DNA of 64,000 nt, taken from the NCBI GenBank assembly GCA_964016885.1, contig OZ024744.1, positions 76,136,001-76,200,000 of the forward strand, written 5' to 3'. Each line of letters starts with the position of its first letter. Positions within the stretch are counted from its first letter, which is position 1. The notes under the pieces were generated by a model, which was not told where the DNA came from, searched no databases, and saw nothing but the letters and a program-made list of their open reading frames with translations. The stretch comes from Eledone cirrhosa (taxonomy: Eukaryota). The position numbers and the translations under genes were made by a program. This document shows, piece after piece, positions 42,817 through 57,612 of this stretch.

Positions 42817-43311
42817 TCATTCATATATATATATATATATATATGAATGAAAACTGGCGTGCTGTGTTGTTGCATATGTGATATACAAATTAAAATGAAG
42901 AATTAGAAATAGGACTATCCATCATCAGTGATCTACTAGCCATCATAGGTATTTCTTCGCATTAAAGACCAGATACCTCAAGCTAGCGCGAACAATAACT
43001 AAAATAAGTTATTGGGATAAAAAGAATTGGGTGGAGAAAGAGAGACAGGTAAACAAGCATGAATTTCTGGGTTAGAAAATGATTAAAACGAAATGTTTTA
43101 CTTTGTGTGAAGTGTTAAGGTATAAGTTGATTTATTTATTATTTAACAATGGGATTTATTTATCTATTTATATATTTAATAATTGTCTATTACCGGTTTC
43201 AGCATTTTTATGTATTATCAAATGCTAGTGATATGTATTAGTGTGGTGTCGCACATCTTAAAGAGAAGGTGCAGAAAGAATAATGATATTTACAAACAAG
43301 GTTTATGAAGT

Positions 43312-43466
43312 GAAAAGAAAAAAGAAAAAAGAAAAAAGAAAAAAGAAAAAAGAAAAATGAAAAATGAAAAATGAAAAATGAAAAATGAAAAATGAAAAAT
43401 GAAAAATGAAAAATGAAAAATGAAAAATGAAAAATGAAAAATGAAAAATGAAAAATGAAAAATGAA

Positions 43467-43498
<32 letters not shown>

Positions 43499-43977
43499 GA
43501 AAAATGAAAAATGAAAAATGAAAAATGAAAAATGAAAAAGGAAAAATGAAAAAAGAAAAAAGAAAAAAGAAAAAAGAAAAAAGAAAAAAGGAAAAAGAAA
43601 AAAGAAAAAAGAAAAAAGAAAAAAGGAAAAAAGAAAAAAGAAAAAAGAAAAAAGAAAAAAGAAAAAAGAAAAAAGGAAAAAGAAAAAAAAAAAAGGAAAA
43701 AAGAAAATAGAAAAAAAAGAAAAAAGAAAAAAGAAAAAAGAAAAAAGAAAAAAAGAAAAAAGAAAAAAGAAAAAAGAAAAAAGAAAAAAGAAAAAAGAAA
43801 AAAGAAAAAAGAAAAAAGAAAAAAGAAAAAAGAAAAACGAAAAACGAAAAAAGAAGAAAAAAGAAAAAAAGAAAAAAGAAAAAAGAAAAAAGAAAAAAGA
43901 AAAAAGAAAAAAGAAAAAAGAAAAAAGAAAAAAGAAAAAAGAAAAAAGAAAAAAGAAAAAAGAAAAAAGAAAAAAAC
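43312..43977. repeat. 7-mer array (GAAAAAA)n/(GAAAAAT)n
   Basis: Directly visible. Confidence 0.97.
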
Positions 43978-44021
43978 GGACGTGATGTAGAGCATAAAAA
44001 GTCAATGTGAAAGAAAAAATA

Positions 44022-44209
44022 ATTGTCTCTACTTTAGGCACAAGGCCAGCAATTACCCAGTGCATTACTGGTACTTTATTTTATCGACCCCGTAAGGATG
44101 AAAGGCAAAGTCAACCTCGGCGGGATTTGAACTCAGATCGTAAAGGGACGTAACTATGCTGGAAAGCATGGCGTCCGACCCTCTACTGATACTGCCAATC
44201 CACCGCCCT
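44022..44209 (-). mobile_element. Full SINE with 16-bp target site duplication
   Basis: Near reverse complement of the 62700 copy; TGTGAAAGAAAAAATA at 44006-44021 and 44210-44225. Confidence 0.92.
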
Positions 44210-44492
44210 TGTGAAAGAAAAAATATTGTTATTTACAGGCATAGTTCTTGAAGTTAAGCAGATCAAAATGTGTTAATATAGCAAGAGTGCTTAGTTGATC
44301 CATGATTCCATGATGGAGGCAAATGGTGGACTGAGGTTTGGTATGATTTCCCTTTTTAGAGAGTTAATATGCACGTAATTAACACGTAAATTAATTAACA
44401 CGTAAATAAAAATATATATATATATATTTATTTATTTACGTGTGTGCGTGTGTGCGTGCGTGCACGCGTGTGTGTGTACGTGTGTGTGTGTG

Positions 44493-44586
<94 letters not shown>

Positions 44587-45344
44587 ACTACATTAACTTA
44601 TGTGCTCTTTCTTCCTTCAAGTATTAGTGTTTTTGATGTGAATAAAATTTGGCTGCTATTTCTAACAACTTGATATATTGACATTGTGTGTTTTTTGGTT
44701 CTCTTGACTTAAAAATCGATGATAATGTTCACGACTGAACTCCCTTTGATTATCGGTCTGGTCGATCAAATTTTACTTATGGCTAAGTAACAACAACAAC
44801 AACAACAACAACAGCAACAACAACAACAACAACAACAACAACACAACAAGAACAACAAGAATGTCAACAACATTAAAAAACAACAACAGGCTATCATTGA
44901 CCAGCAAGAGTGTCTTTATGTTAACGCCCAGTCTTCTGGAAATAGTATTTCTCCTTCAAATTGTGCTATACCGTTCTGAGAAAAGGGAACATTGAATAAT
45001 ATGGATATATTTGTAGAGAATCACTAAAAACACAAAAGAATCAGTGGGAAGAGGATGGTGCTACAAACGGCCGTGGTAGTAATTTGAATCCACACTCACA
45101 ACATTTAACTTCCGCTTAAACCTTTTGACATCAAACCGCCTGAAACTGCCTTGGATTTATACTACAAAGCTGCTCATTTTAAAATGTTTATCTTTATATT
45201 AAAATCTGTCATCATAATTCTATTTCAAAAATGGTTGTTAAGTGATATTCTAAACATCAGCTTAATAATGAAAAAACGGAAACGTTTGGTTATTTTCAAA
45301 ATTATTTGAAACACATAGGCAAATGTATTTCGAAACAAATTGTA

Positions 45345-48017
45345 TTTTGAAACAGACCCTACAATTAGATTAATATGCCCATGGAAGCCAGATTTGGGTA
45401 GAATTAGCAAATGTTTACTAGATGGGGTAATAGCGCAGATCAAGACAAATAGAAATTAAACTATGGGGTAACACTAACGAAGTAATCGTTTGGTTTAACA
45501 AAATAGAAATAGGGAAACATCCAACTTCATACAGTTCGATATCAACGACTATTACTCATCCGTCTCCCCAGTCACTCTAAATAAGGCACTCGACTTTGCC
45601 CGGAAAAATTCTGACCTAACCTCTGATGAAATTAGAATAATACTAGCTGCTAGGAGAACTATCATTAGATTCGAAAATAGCTACTGGGAACGAAAAAAAA
45701 ACAGACAGAATAGCTTCGATATCACAATGGGATCTAGCGACCCAGCTCAAGTAACAGACATAGTTGGAATATATATAGCGCATAACTTACATAAGGAATT
45801 TAATAACCTCCAAGGAGGAATTTATAGAGATGGCACGTTCATTTTAGCTAAAAACAGGAATAATCAAAGCATGGAATGATTACGGAAAAACATTAAGGTT
45901 TTTTTCAACAAACTTGTCCTAGGTATCACTTTCGAACTTAACTCTAAAAAAGTAAACTTCTTAGATGTAACATTCAACCTAAACACTGGACTAATAGAGC
46001 CCTTCCACAAAAATAACGAAAATCTAGCCTACATTAGTTATAACTCAAACCTCCCTCGCTCCATCATTAACTCCATAGCACACAGTATATCCCTCAGAAT
46101 ACCCCGCCTATCTTCAAATCTAGAAATATTCAACGAACACGCCAACTACTATAACATAGATTTACATAAGGCAGGCCACAAGGAGGGTCTCAAATACATA
46201 CCCGATAGAGACAGCAACTGCAAACCTTACAAATACTCTACCCACACCTATAGGAATAACAATTATAGAACTAAACATAAAAATAGGCAACTAACACACG
46301 AAATAATCGAACCGAACACGAATATAGGGATCTCTAGAAACTCCAGAAAATCCAGAGGTAGGCAATACTTATGGTTCAATCCAATCTTCAACTCCTCTAT
46401 AAAAGCCAACCTACCTTATACTTTCTTTAAATTAATCAACAAATACTTCACTAAACCACACAAATACCATAGGATCTTTAATAGAAAAACTATGAAACTC
46501 TTACTCTACTGCAGCCTATATAGAATTACACATACATAAAATCAACTATAAAATAATCTCTAGGGAATGTAATCTACCAACCTACACCATAGCACCAAAT
46601 ACAAAACGCAAACACATAACAGCATCACAACCATCCACAACAAAACACCAATAAACCTAAACCCCAGCCCATTCCTAACAACATATAGAACCGCAACGAG
46701 GAACCTGCACACAGGAAGGCCTCTAATTGTAACTGCCACCTACCAGATAATTGCCCACTGCAGAATAGATGCCTCTAATCTAATATAGTATACCTGTGTA
46801 CCATCAAATCTGGCAACCTAGCATGACACTACATAGGTTCTACGGCTGGAGATTTCAAAAAAAGATTGTATGTGGATAGACATTCTATAAAAAACCGTAA
46901 ACTTGGGAATACAACGACGCTGGCCAATAAAATCTGGCAGCTTAAAGACATCAACCAAGAATATGAGATTAGCTGGTCGAAGTTATCGAGTGCAAGAGCC
47001 TACAAAAATGGAATGTCACACTGCGGACCATGTAATATGGAGCTGTTCCATATTTCAAAATTTAATAAAAGATTGCTTAATAACAAGATAGAGCCAACAA
47101 TCTTCTGTAGGCACAACGCAGCCACCAAATTCTCCAACTGCAAATTGCAACCGGCATAATTCGATCTAAATGTACTGGATTTAAATGTACTAACCTCACA
47201 TCATTCCACTGTTATTAGCTGTCAACTGACCAACTGGTCATTAAATCAACATCGGAAATACCCCAACCTTTCTTTCCCCTTTTCTCTATAGTCGCATCAC
47301 CTCCATTAAAATAAATCAGTCAATCTACCCAACCTTAATCACCTATATATCATCAATGTCCCTTTCCCTTTTTATTCTCTATTTATCTATTCTCCGATCC
47401 TTTTTGTCTCATCCTCGAATCCTTACTTTTTACTCTCTATCTCTTGTTCTTTATCTCTTTCTCTCTTACTGTTTATTCTAATCTTTTAATATTTTTTCTA
47501 CTTTTTTACATTTATATTTCGCCAGTTCATAAACTCAATACACTATATTAATACGCCGTCCACACACCAAACTTTCGCCTATCATATATCGTATTTCTTC
47601 TCATGTTATTGTTATCATTACTATCATCACTATTTTACACACCCACTCACTCACCATCATAACGTCATATACCACCACCACTACTACTATTATCAATAAC
47701 CATATTTTTTATCTTTTTATTATTTTTTATTTTTTATATTTTTTATCAGTTCATTATTTCATTATTTTTTTTTATTATTGGTGATATTGTTTTCATTCAC
47801 TTGATTCTCCGATGTATCCATAAATACCAGTGCCATGTGTTACGGCCATTTATCGCTCGTAAACAGGAAACTGACTGGCCAGTCTGCTGATATGCAAATC
47901 TGGCCGATCAGTGGATCTGCTAATATGCAGATATGACTGATCAAGCCAGTCTGCTAATATGCAAATCAGGCTGATCAGTCACTGTATATTTTAGAAAATA
48001 GCATATATTTTCACTAG
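45345..48017 (+). mobile_element. Penelope-like element 2 (Naiad-like), decayed, with 3' pLTR part
   Basis: QFDINDYY, TMGSSD, VNFLDV, CNC..CPLQNRC, NIVY..YIGST, CGPC, CRH; 47860-48017 matches 55240-55325. Confidence 0.88.
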
Positions 48018-48018
48018 T

Positions 48019-48900
<882 letters not shown>

Positions 48901-48924
48901 GTGTTGTTATTTCTGTTTACCTTT

Positions 48925-49015
<91 letters not shown>

Positions 49016-49105
49016 GTGTGTGTGTGTGTGTGTGCCTGTTTGTGTTTGTGTCTATACTTACATACATTCATAAATAAATATGTACAGATGTACGGACGTG
49101 TATAC

Positions 49106-49159
<54 letters not shown>

Positions 49160-49553
49160 AAGAGAACTATAATAATAATAATAATAATAAAATTAATATG
49201 TGTGTGTGTGCGTATACATGTATATATCTATGTATGTTTTGTAGGTATGTATGTATATGTGTATCTATATGTATATAAGAAGCGGTTGTAGGTATGTATG
49301 TATATGTATATAAGAAGCGACAGCACTCAAAGCCGCCGTTATGCAAAGTTTAATGTAATTTAATCGAAAGCAACAAAGTATATTACACGATATTCATATT
49401 ACAGACTATTTTATGCACGAGTTATTTTACAATTTTGCAAAACAATCTGCACTCGTCACCAGTAGACTGCATAATACCTGAAGAATGCAGATTGTTTTGT
49501 AGGAATGCAAAACAATCCGTGCATGAAACAGTTTTTTTTTATATGAACATCGC

Positions 49554-49636
<83 letters not shown>

Positions 49637-49638
<2 letters not shown>

Positions 49639-49758
49639 AGGGGGTGTAACTTGGAGTTATTGCAGGTTCACCCGGGAGAGCACTCGATGTTTAGGTTCAC
49701 TTCTGTGATGAGGTGTAAATATATTAATATATTGAAAGGATCGTCCTTGTTATCCTTT

Positions 49759-49765
<7 letters not shown>
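49637..49765 (-). mobile_element. Solo piece of the PLE-1 pLTR end, within (TA)n
   Basis: Near reverse complement of 13243-13350, folding back on ATCCTTTCAAT. Confidence 0.8.
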
Positions 49766-49809
<44 letters not shown>

Positions 49810-49880
49810 TACTTATATATACACATACACACACATATATATAATAATATAATATATAATATATATATATTATATAGATG

Positions 49881-49927
<47 letters not shown>

Positions 49928-49957
49928 CATTATCGGAGGAAGCTTTTAGCGATACTC

Positions 49958-49995
<38 letters not shown>

Positions 49996-50048
49996 CATTA
50001 TATATATAATATATATACAATTTATTTATTTATATATATATAAAAATG

Positions 50049-50143
<95 letters not shown>

Positions 50144-50160
50144 ATATATATATATATATT

Positions 50161-50225
<65 letters not shown>

Positions 50226-52501
50226 ATATATATTCAAATATGTGTTCGTCTGTGTGTAGACTACTATATCTCGTTTCACGGTACCGATCCGCAGGTGACT
50301 GAGTATCGGTAAGGAGAAACCTCGAGTTGTGTCTCACGCAGACACACATTTAAATAAATATTATTCTAATCTCAGTAAGGTCACTGAGTATTTTTCAGTA
50401 CTTTGCACTGCATACCACAGTAAAACCATTATTAGCTATATGTGTGTTTACATGTGTGTGTGTGTGTGTATATATGTGGTGTGTGTGTGTGTGCGTGTGC
50501 GCCGGCATGTATGTGTATGCATACATATGCACTTATAAATGTAGCTACATATGTATATGTATGTATATGTATATATATACACACATACATACGCGTACCC
50601 ACAACATATGTATCCGTAGCCATGTATCTATATATACCTATATATAAATAAAATAAAATAAAATAACAGGAGGCTGGACTGGTGTAAATCCTTGAAAGGT
50701 TTATTATACTATGATCATTTCAATGACCGGGTTCCATATGAATCCGGTGATATCATCAGGTATTGGAATATAACAAAGCAATATGTAAAAAACCATGGGT
50801 CCGAAAAATCAGAGACAGAGACAAAGAGGACGACTGGCCAACTTGCTGCTCGGCCAGCCGCCCTCAAAGTGGTGGCAACTGAATCTACTAATTAATATCT
50901 GGTGAGGGGGCGAAGGCTTATAATGACTACCACCACCCGTCAAAGAAAAAGGGGAAGAAAGAAAGGGAGAAAGAAGTCAGTGTAAGTGTCATACGACATT
51001 CATGCTAGAAAATGCCGCGAAAAAATGCTACTCCAAAGAATCTATAATGGGTGTCTGTATGGTCTAATGTGTGAACCGAAGATTGTAACGTTAAACTTAT
51101 GTTGTGAGTTATAGGATGAAATTAAATTAAATTAAAAATATTAAATTGCAAAATGATAAATTGAAAAATAAGTTATTAGAGAATTAAAGATTAAGGTAGC
51201 GAGATTTGTTTATTTAATGAACTTACGGAGAGAGTCTTATATGAAAAAATTTATCTCGATAACATATTAGGATGGGATATAGAGTAAAGATTTCGATTGG
51301 GAGTCCCAGCCAGCACCCCCCCCCCACCATGAGTCAGCCAGTCTCGAGTGGTATCGTCCAGCGAAAGAAATGGAAATTAATTTTTCCGAGTACTCTAGGA
51401 ACGTAGCTACCTTAGGCCCCGGGAGCGCTAGCGGGAACTCCACAATTTCGACAGGCCATCGTCTATACCAAACGAATACTATTAAATGACACATGAGGGG
51501 TTTATTTACGTGCCAGTGAGGCATGATACAGCTAATAGTTATGCCTAAACCTGGAGTTTATTGGTATAAGTATAATGTGGCGGCCAAAACAGGCGGCGCG
51601 GTGGGACTGGGGCAGAGCAACCCACTCCGAGTAATTTCGTTTACCGAAAGAGGAGAAATTTATTTTTCCTGAGCACTCAAGGAAGGCTGAACTTTCCGAG
51701 TCCACAGTGCGCAGCCGGGAAAAAGCCACCACACAAGTCGAAGGTAGCAACCCAATGAAAATTGCAAATAGACCAGAATGATTTTAAAGTCCCAGTTAGT
51801 CCGGGTTATAAGTAGTGTGGTTTTTAGTTGGGTAGGGGGCTATGAAAGGTGCATAATGACCTGAGTAAGGAAAGTTACAAAAAAATAATATAAGCAGCAT
51901 ACAAAGATAAAATACCAATATAAAGATAGAATACATTGATAAAAATACATTAATAAAATAATAAAAAAATAATAATAAAATAATAAAATAATAAAAAAAA
52001 TATACATTAATGAAATAATAAAAAATAATAAAGGTAAATAAGAATCAATATAGATCAAGTTGTAGTAAGATAATACAAGTTGTACATATAGATATAGATA
52101 TAGAGGATGGAGGAGATGGAATGGTAACAGGTTGTACCTAGTGTAAAGTTCGGGTCTCCGAATTCAGTGCGAGTCAGAAAAAGTCCTGAGGTATAAAGTA
52201 GAGAATTCAGTCAATACATGTTTTAGTATAATACGTAGAGTTTTGTCGGAATCGGAATCATCCCGACAAGGAAGTAGTATCAGGTGGCGTTAGATAAGGC
52301 GCAGAGCAGCTAAAATCCGAATGGTAAGTAGATCAGTTAATCCCATGCTGGCAATAGCTGTACACTGAAGTCAGTGCCGCTGTTCAATATTACATTTTGA
52401 AGTGCTCAACATTATTGGAGCATTATTTCTTTAGGTTTGTTGGTTCACCACTGGATAGAACTGGTCATTCTATATATACCTATATATATATATATATATA
52501 T

Positions 52502-52720
52502 ATATCACAGAAAAAAAAGAGAATCAGTGTTGCGACGAATGGAATTTATTGGACATATTACAATCGTTTCTCTGGCGACCAGCTCGAGGCACGATCGATA
52601 TAATGATCGAACCCGACTCTAAAATCGCAAGGCCCTCAGATACATCGCCAGAGAAACGATTGTAATATGTCCAATAAATTCCATTCGTAGCAACACCGAT
52701 TCTCTTTTTTTCTGTGATAT
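52502..52720. repeat. Inverted repeat, ~77-bp arms, 66-bp spacer
   Basis: 52502-52578 vs 52645-52720. Confidence 0.92.
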
Positions 52721-52793
52721 CATACTCTGCTCTATGAGAGCATCGAGTGCTCATATGGCCTGCCGCATACGGACGCTTTAAGCATCCAACACC

Positions 52794-52875
<82 letters not shown>

Positions 52876-53204
52876 GTACATACATATATGTATACAGACG
52901 TACAGTAGTATGTATATATATACATACATGCACACATATATATATATGTACGTATGGGTTTGCCGAACATTTATTATAATGTTCGGTTTGTTCGCTTGTA
53001 AACAAACAAACAGCCCGAATTATGCCGTACAGTGTTCAGGCAACCATCGTCGCCCTTTTGTTCAACACTGACACAGGAACGATGTACTAGTTTCAAGCTT
53101 ATTAGCTATCGTGTCATAACATGTTCTAACATGAACACTTAAATGCATGTTGTAACGCGGCGGCGCCTGTCGGAAGTACGCACCCACTCGAGCAGAATGG
53201 CCGA

Positions 53205-53335
53205 CATCAAAACATTAAATTCATGGTAAAGCTTGGGTGGAAGTGTAGCCAAATCATTGACGCTCTGGAGCAAGTTTATGGGGACAATGCCCTAAAGAAA
53301 GCAACAACCTACAAATGGATAATTCCGTTTCAAAA
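53205..53335 (+). pseudogene. Mariner transposase N-terminal fragment (Hsmar2/irritans-like)
   Basis: NIKFMVKLGWKCSQIIDALEQVYGDNALKKATTYKWI. Confidence 0.8.
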
Positions 53336-53347
53336 CATACTTACTTG

Positions 53348-53402
<55 letters not shown>

Positions 53403-53476
53403 GATACACGGGTGTGTATGATTGTGTATAGAAGATTATATTAATATGTATATATATGTATAGATGTATGTATATG

Positions 53477-53525
<49 letters not shown>

Positions 53526-53637
53526 AAAGATTCCCCAATGGTGTCGGGCAGTAACTACAGTTAAAAAAGTTAGTCAATACGTTGGTAGAGTATAGGCATC
53601 CTCCTTATATACAGAATTGACTTTTATTATATGTGTC

Positions 53638-53805
53638 GGTGGATTGGTAGTATCAGTACAAGGTCGGACGCTATGCTTTGCGAGATAGAATTACATCCCT
53701 TTATGGTCTGAGTTCAAATCCTGCCGAGGTTAACATTGCCTTTCTACCTTACGCGGTCGATAAAATACAAGTACCAGTAATGCACTGATATAATTGCTGA
53801 CAATT
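53638..53805 (+). mobile_element. SINE copy
   Basis: Same family as the 62700 copy. Confidence 0.85.
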
Positions 53806-54660
53806 ATATGTGTGGGTCAGGTGGTGGTTGATGGTGGTGATGGGGGTAATCTTTATTATAGCTATGAAGTAAGTCTTGTTATTCTGGAGCTTATTCTGTT
53901 TTCTGATGAAGGACTAGCTTAAGGCTAACAATTTTTCATTGTACTGTGTTGCTTGCTTTGTTACTTCTGTTTGCCATATAAATATATATATATGTGTGTG
54001 TGTATGTCTGTGTGTGTGTGTGTACATACATATATATATATGGCCTTTTGATGGATACAAGGCCATGGGCGCGCTACAGATCGATTTTCTATTTTAATCA
54101 CCAAAACCTCTATGATCTGTAGTAAAAGGCTGACGAAGGGATACTAATCTGTTTATGGATAAACAGATTCAATAAAGATGGCGTAGATATACAATACAAC
54201 AGGAGGAACATAATAGCACCACTGACAATGTTGCAGATGTGCAACGAAAGACTGTATATATATGTGCTTGTGTCTATATAATATCTGTATTTTTGACCGT
54301 TGGTCAGTCAATGATAAACATTGAGGACCAAATGAATTAACTGATATAAAAGATACAGAAGCGAAAACCAACCAAACAGTGAGTGTGTTCTGTTATTATT
54401 TCTGGCAATATTATTACAACAATATGACCCTCCCCAAGTATAACAATATATATATATATATAAAAGAAATAAGATTTCGCTTCAAGCATAGCATTATGCA
54501 ATATGTATAGAAATTTCGTATTTCTAAAGAAATACGGTTTTAGGAAGCCGTAGCTATGTAAACACTTGGTGGTATCCAGCAGAAGCAAGGGGGACAACGG
54601 TCTATGCATTTCAGCTTGACTGGCCTTTGTCAGGACGATCCCTCACAAAGCGGGGGGGTC

Positions 54661-54698
54661 GTCCTGACGAAGGCCAGTCAACCCTGAAATGCATAGAC
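54661..54698 (+). ncRNA. Minimal hammerhead ribozyme inside fold-back element 54511-54789
   Basis: GTC-CTGACGA-AGG...CCT-GAAA-TGCAT-A-GAC; palindromic ATGCAT; the mirror copy has CTGACAA. Confidence 0.75.
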
Positions 54699-54809
54699 TG
54701 TTGCCCTTTTGCTTCTGCTGGACACCACCAGAGGGCGTTAACCCCCCGGTGTTTGCATAGCTACGGCTTTCTAAAGAAATACGAAATTTATATATATATA
54801 TATATTAAT

Positions 54810-55570
54810 GCAATCTAAGTTTTTCGAATATTAATAAAAATATTCGATTCGTTTGCAATTATGCAAGCAGCCTCTTTTTTAAAGCCATATCAGTAGAATG
54901 AGCCCCTCATTCATGCTCTTGTGTTGGCATGTAAACAGAACAGCAGTCACTAATGTTTCTGGGTATCACCCTTCATCAGTGTAGTTCACTGTTCACCTGC
55001 CAACTGTTAGAGCTAGTGAAAATATATGATATTTTCTAAAATACAGTGACTGATCGGCCTGATTTGCATATTAGCGGACTGGCTGATCAGTTGCTGTTTG
55101 CATAATTGCAAACGAATCGAATATCATTAATATTCGAAAAACTCAGATTACAGTTATTGTATTCAGCCATGTAGAGCGAAACATTTTTCTTTCTTTTTTT
55201 TTTTTAATATGGTAAAGTCGTCCATTAATATATCGTATACAGGAAACTGACTGGCCAGTTTGCTAATATGCAAATCAGGCTGAACAGTCACTGTATATTT
55301 TAGAAAATAGCATATATTTCCACTAGCTCTGACAGTTGGCAGGTGAAAAGTGAACTGTACTGATGAAGGGTGATACCCAGAAACATTAGTGACTGCTGTT
55401 CTGTTTACATGCCAACACAAGAGCAAGAATGAGGGGCTCATTCTACTGACATGGCTTTAAAAATGAGGCTTGTTTGCATAATTGCAAACGAATCGAATAT
55501 TATTATTAATATTCGAAAAACTCAGATTACATTTATTGTATTCGCCCATGTAGAGCGTAACATTTTTGTT
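54810..55570. mobile_element. ORF-less Penelope pLTR structure (inverted, partial and direct copies)
   Basis: 54810-55090 inverted vs 55245-55531; 55095-55190 repeats 55471-55568; CTGATGA-AGGGT..ACCC-AGAAAC core at ~55360. Confidence 0.8.
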
Positions 55571-55989
55571 TTAAATTTATATTTATATAGTGGTAAGAAA
55601 CTCTCCGGAGAGCTGGCCAGCAGAAGTTCTTCAGAGAACCCTCCCTCAAGCGAAAGTTTCGGCTCTTATCTTCTTACTCTCTAAGGGGACCGGACCGCAT
55701 CCAGGTAATAACTCGTGGGTGCCCTTCTGCTCGCATTTAGCCATTCGGATATCGCAAACTTGCTGTGTATTGAAACTGAATGGAGATTTTGTTGACAAGA
55801 TCTAACTGGAATTCCTGTCTGTTGCCTTTGCTTTCAAAATTATATTTTAACGTTTTGTTGAATTGAAAAAATAACCTTGGTAGCCATGGATGTGTTGAGA
55901 TGTCAACAGTGTCGCTGATACTGTCACCAACACTACAAACCACAACTGATTCGGAGTTACTTCCCTTAGCGTACGTTAAAATATAAACA

Positions 55990-56128
55990 TGATGTCTCAC
56001 ACGTGGTATGGAGGTCGTTTCTGTTCCTCCTCGACCAGATCCAGCTGGAACTCCTCTATGCTGCCTCTAATATTGCCTTTAGGGCTTTGGTCCTTTTCTT
56101 CCCTCAGACTGAAAGTTGGATCATGAGA
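55990..56128 (-). mobile_element. Possible HERO/NeSL-like RLE LINE C-terminal remnant
   Basis: GKKRTKALKAILEAA*RSSSWIWSRR. Confidence 0.45.
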
Positions 56129-56131
56129 TTA

Positions 56132-56663
56132 TCTATATATATAAAACTGAGGATGTCTGTCTGTGTGTCTGTGAGTTTGAATCCCTAAAACTAGAGAAGC
56201 ACCCAACCGACTGTTTTCAAACTTTACAGGTGTAATACTTATGTTTCAGGAAGTGTCTGAAACAAAAAAATATTTTATCTGAGTAAAAAATATTTCAAAT
56301 TTTCAATGCCCTAGGGACAGCATTAGCCGATTTAGCGATCTCTCTCTATAATTCTTAGTCTTCCTCTTTTTAGATAGGTACACACATATAACGTCGCGCC
56401 CTTATAATATCTGTCTGTATGTCTGGCTGTCTGCTGCATCAGGTTATTTGCCACCCTTGCTCAAGACAAATCTCACACTCATTCCCCAAACAATTGGTAA
56501 GTGCACACTTCTTCCTCACGTTTTAAGCCACAGTGTTGCTTACTGACGTACCACCAGACACTTACTTCTTTGCCAGCCGTGGTTGTGGCAATACTAAGCT
56601 TAGCTAAGGCGGTTATATATTTCACAATACCTTATCCTGTGCAACGCCGGGTACCACTGCTAG
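56132..56663 (+). mobile_element. Non-autonomous Helitron
   Basis: A|TC 5' end (TCTATATATATAAAA), subterminal GC-rich hairpin CCTGTGCAACGCCGGG, CTAG|T 3' end, no TSD. Confidence 0.8.
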
Positions 56664-56866
56664 TAATAAATATATGTGTCTGTCCGTTTGTATGAATGTA
56701 TGTATATATGAATCTTAAGTATGTACAACCAACCCCTACACACACATATATTTTGAAACCTTTGGTAATGGAGTAGTTATATATTGTGTTGTTCACTTTC
56801 TAATTATATAGCTCTGTTTTATACATAGAGCACACTTTTTTTCCTTTACTTTTTCTTCGGAAATAC

Positions 56867-56926
<60 letters not shown>

Positions 56927-56948
56927 AAGAAAGAAAGACCGAAAGAAA

Positions 56949-56985
<37 letters not shown>

Positions 56986-57334
56986 GCGCTTATATATTTA
57001 CTAGGTTAGAATAGTAACCGAATTTTCAAATAACACCCTACTGTTTTAAAGAAGAAATGACACGTTGGATAATATAGTTCTACTTCTCTGCCAATCTTAT
57101 ACACACACACACACACATATATACACACATACGCACGCACACACACACAAACACACACATACACACACGCACGCACACACACACACATACACACACACGC
57201 ACGCACGCACACACACACATACACACACACATACACACACACATATATATATATATTATATACATATACATATATATGTATATATATACATATACATATA
57301 CATATATATATACATATATACATATATATATGCT

Positions 57335-57366
<32 letters not shown>

Positions 57367-57477
57367 TATATTTATATATATATATATATATATGCATATA
57401 AATATATATATACGTATATATATATATATATATTTATATAGTTACATATATATATATATATATATATATTCATATAT

Positions 57478-57516
<39 letters not shown>

Positions 57517-57528
57517 TATATTTATATA

Positions 57529-57579
<51 letters not shown>

Positions 57580-57580
57580 T

Positions 57581-57612
<32 letters not shown>

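Noticed and set aside
43238-44065. 275-aa Phe/Ser-rich ORF
   Set aside because: Reading of the 7-mer repeat
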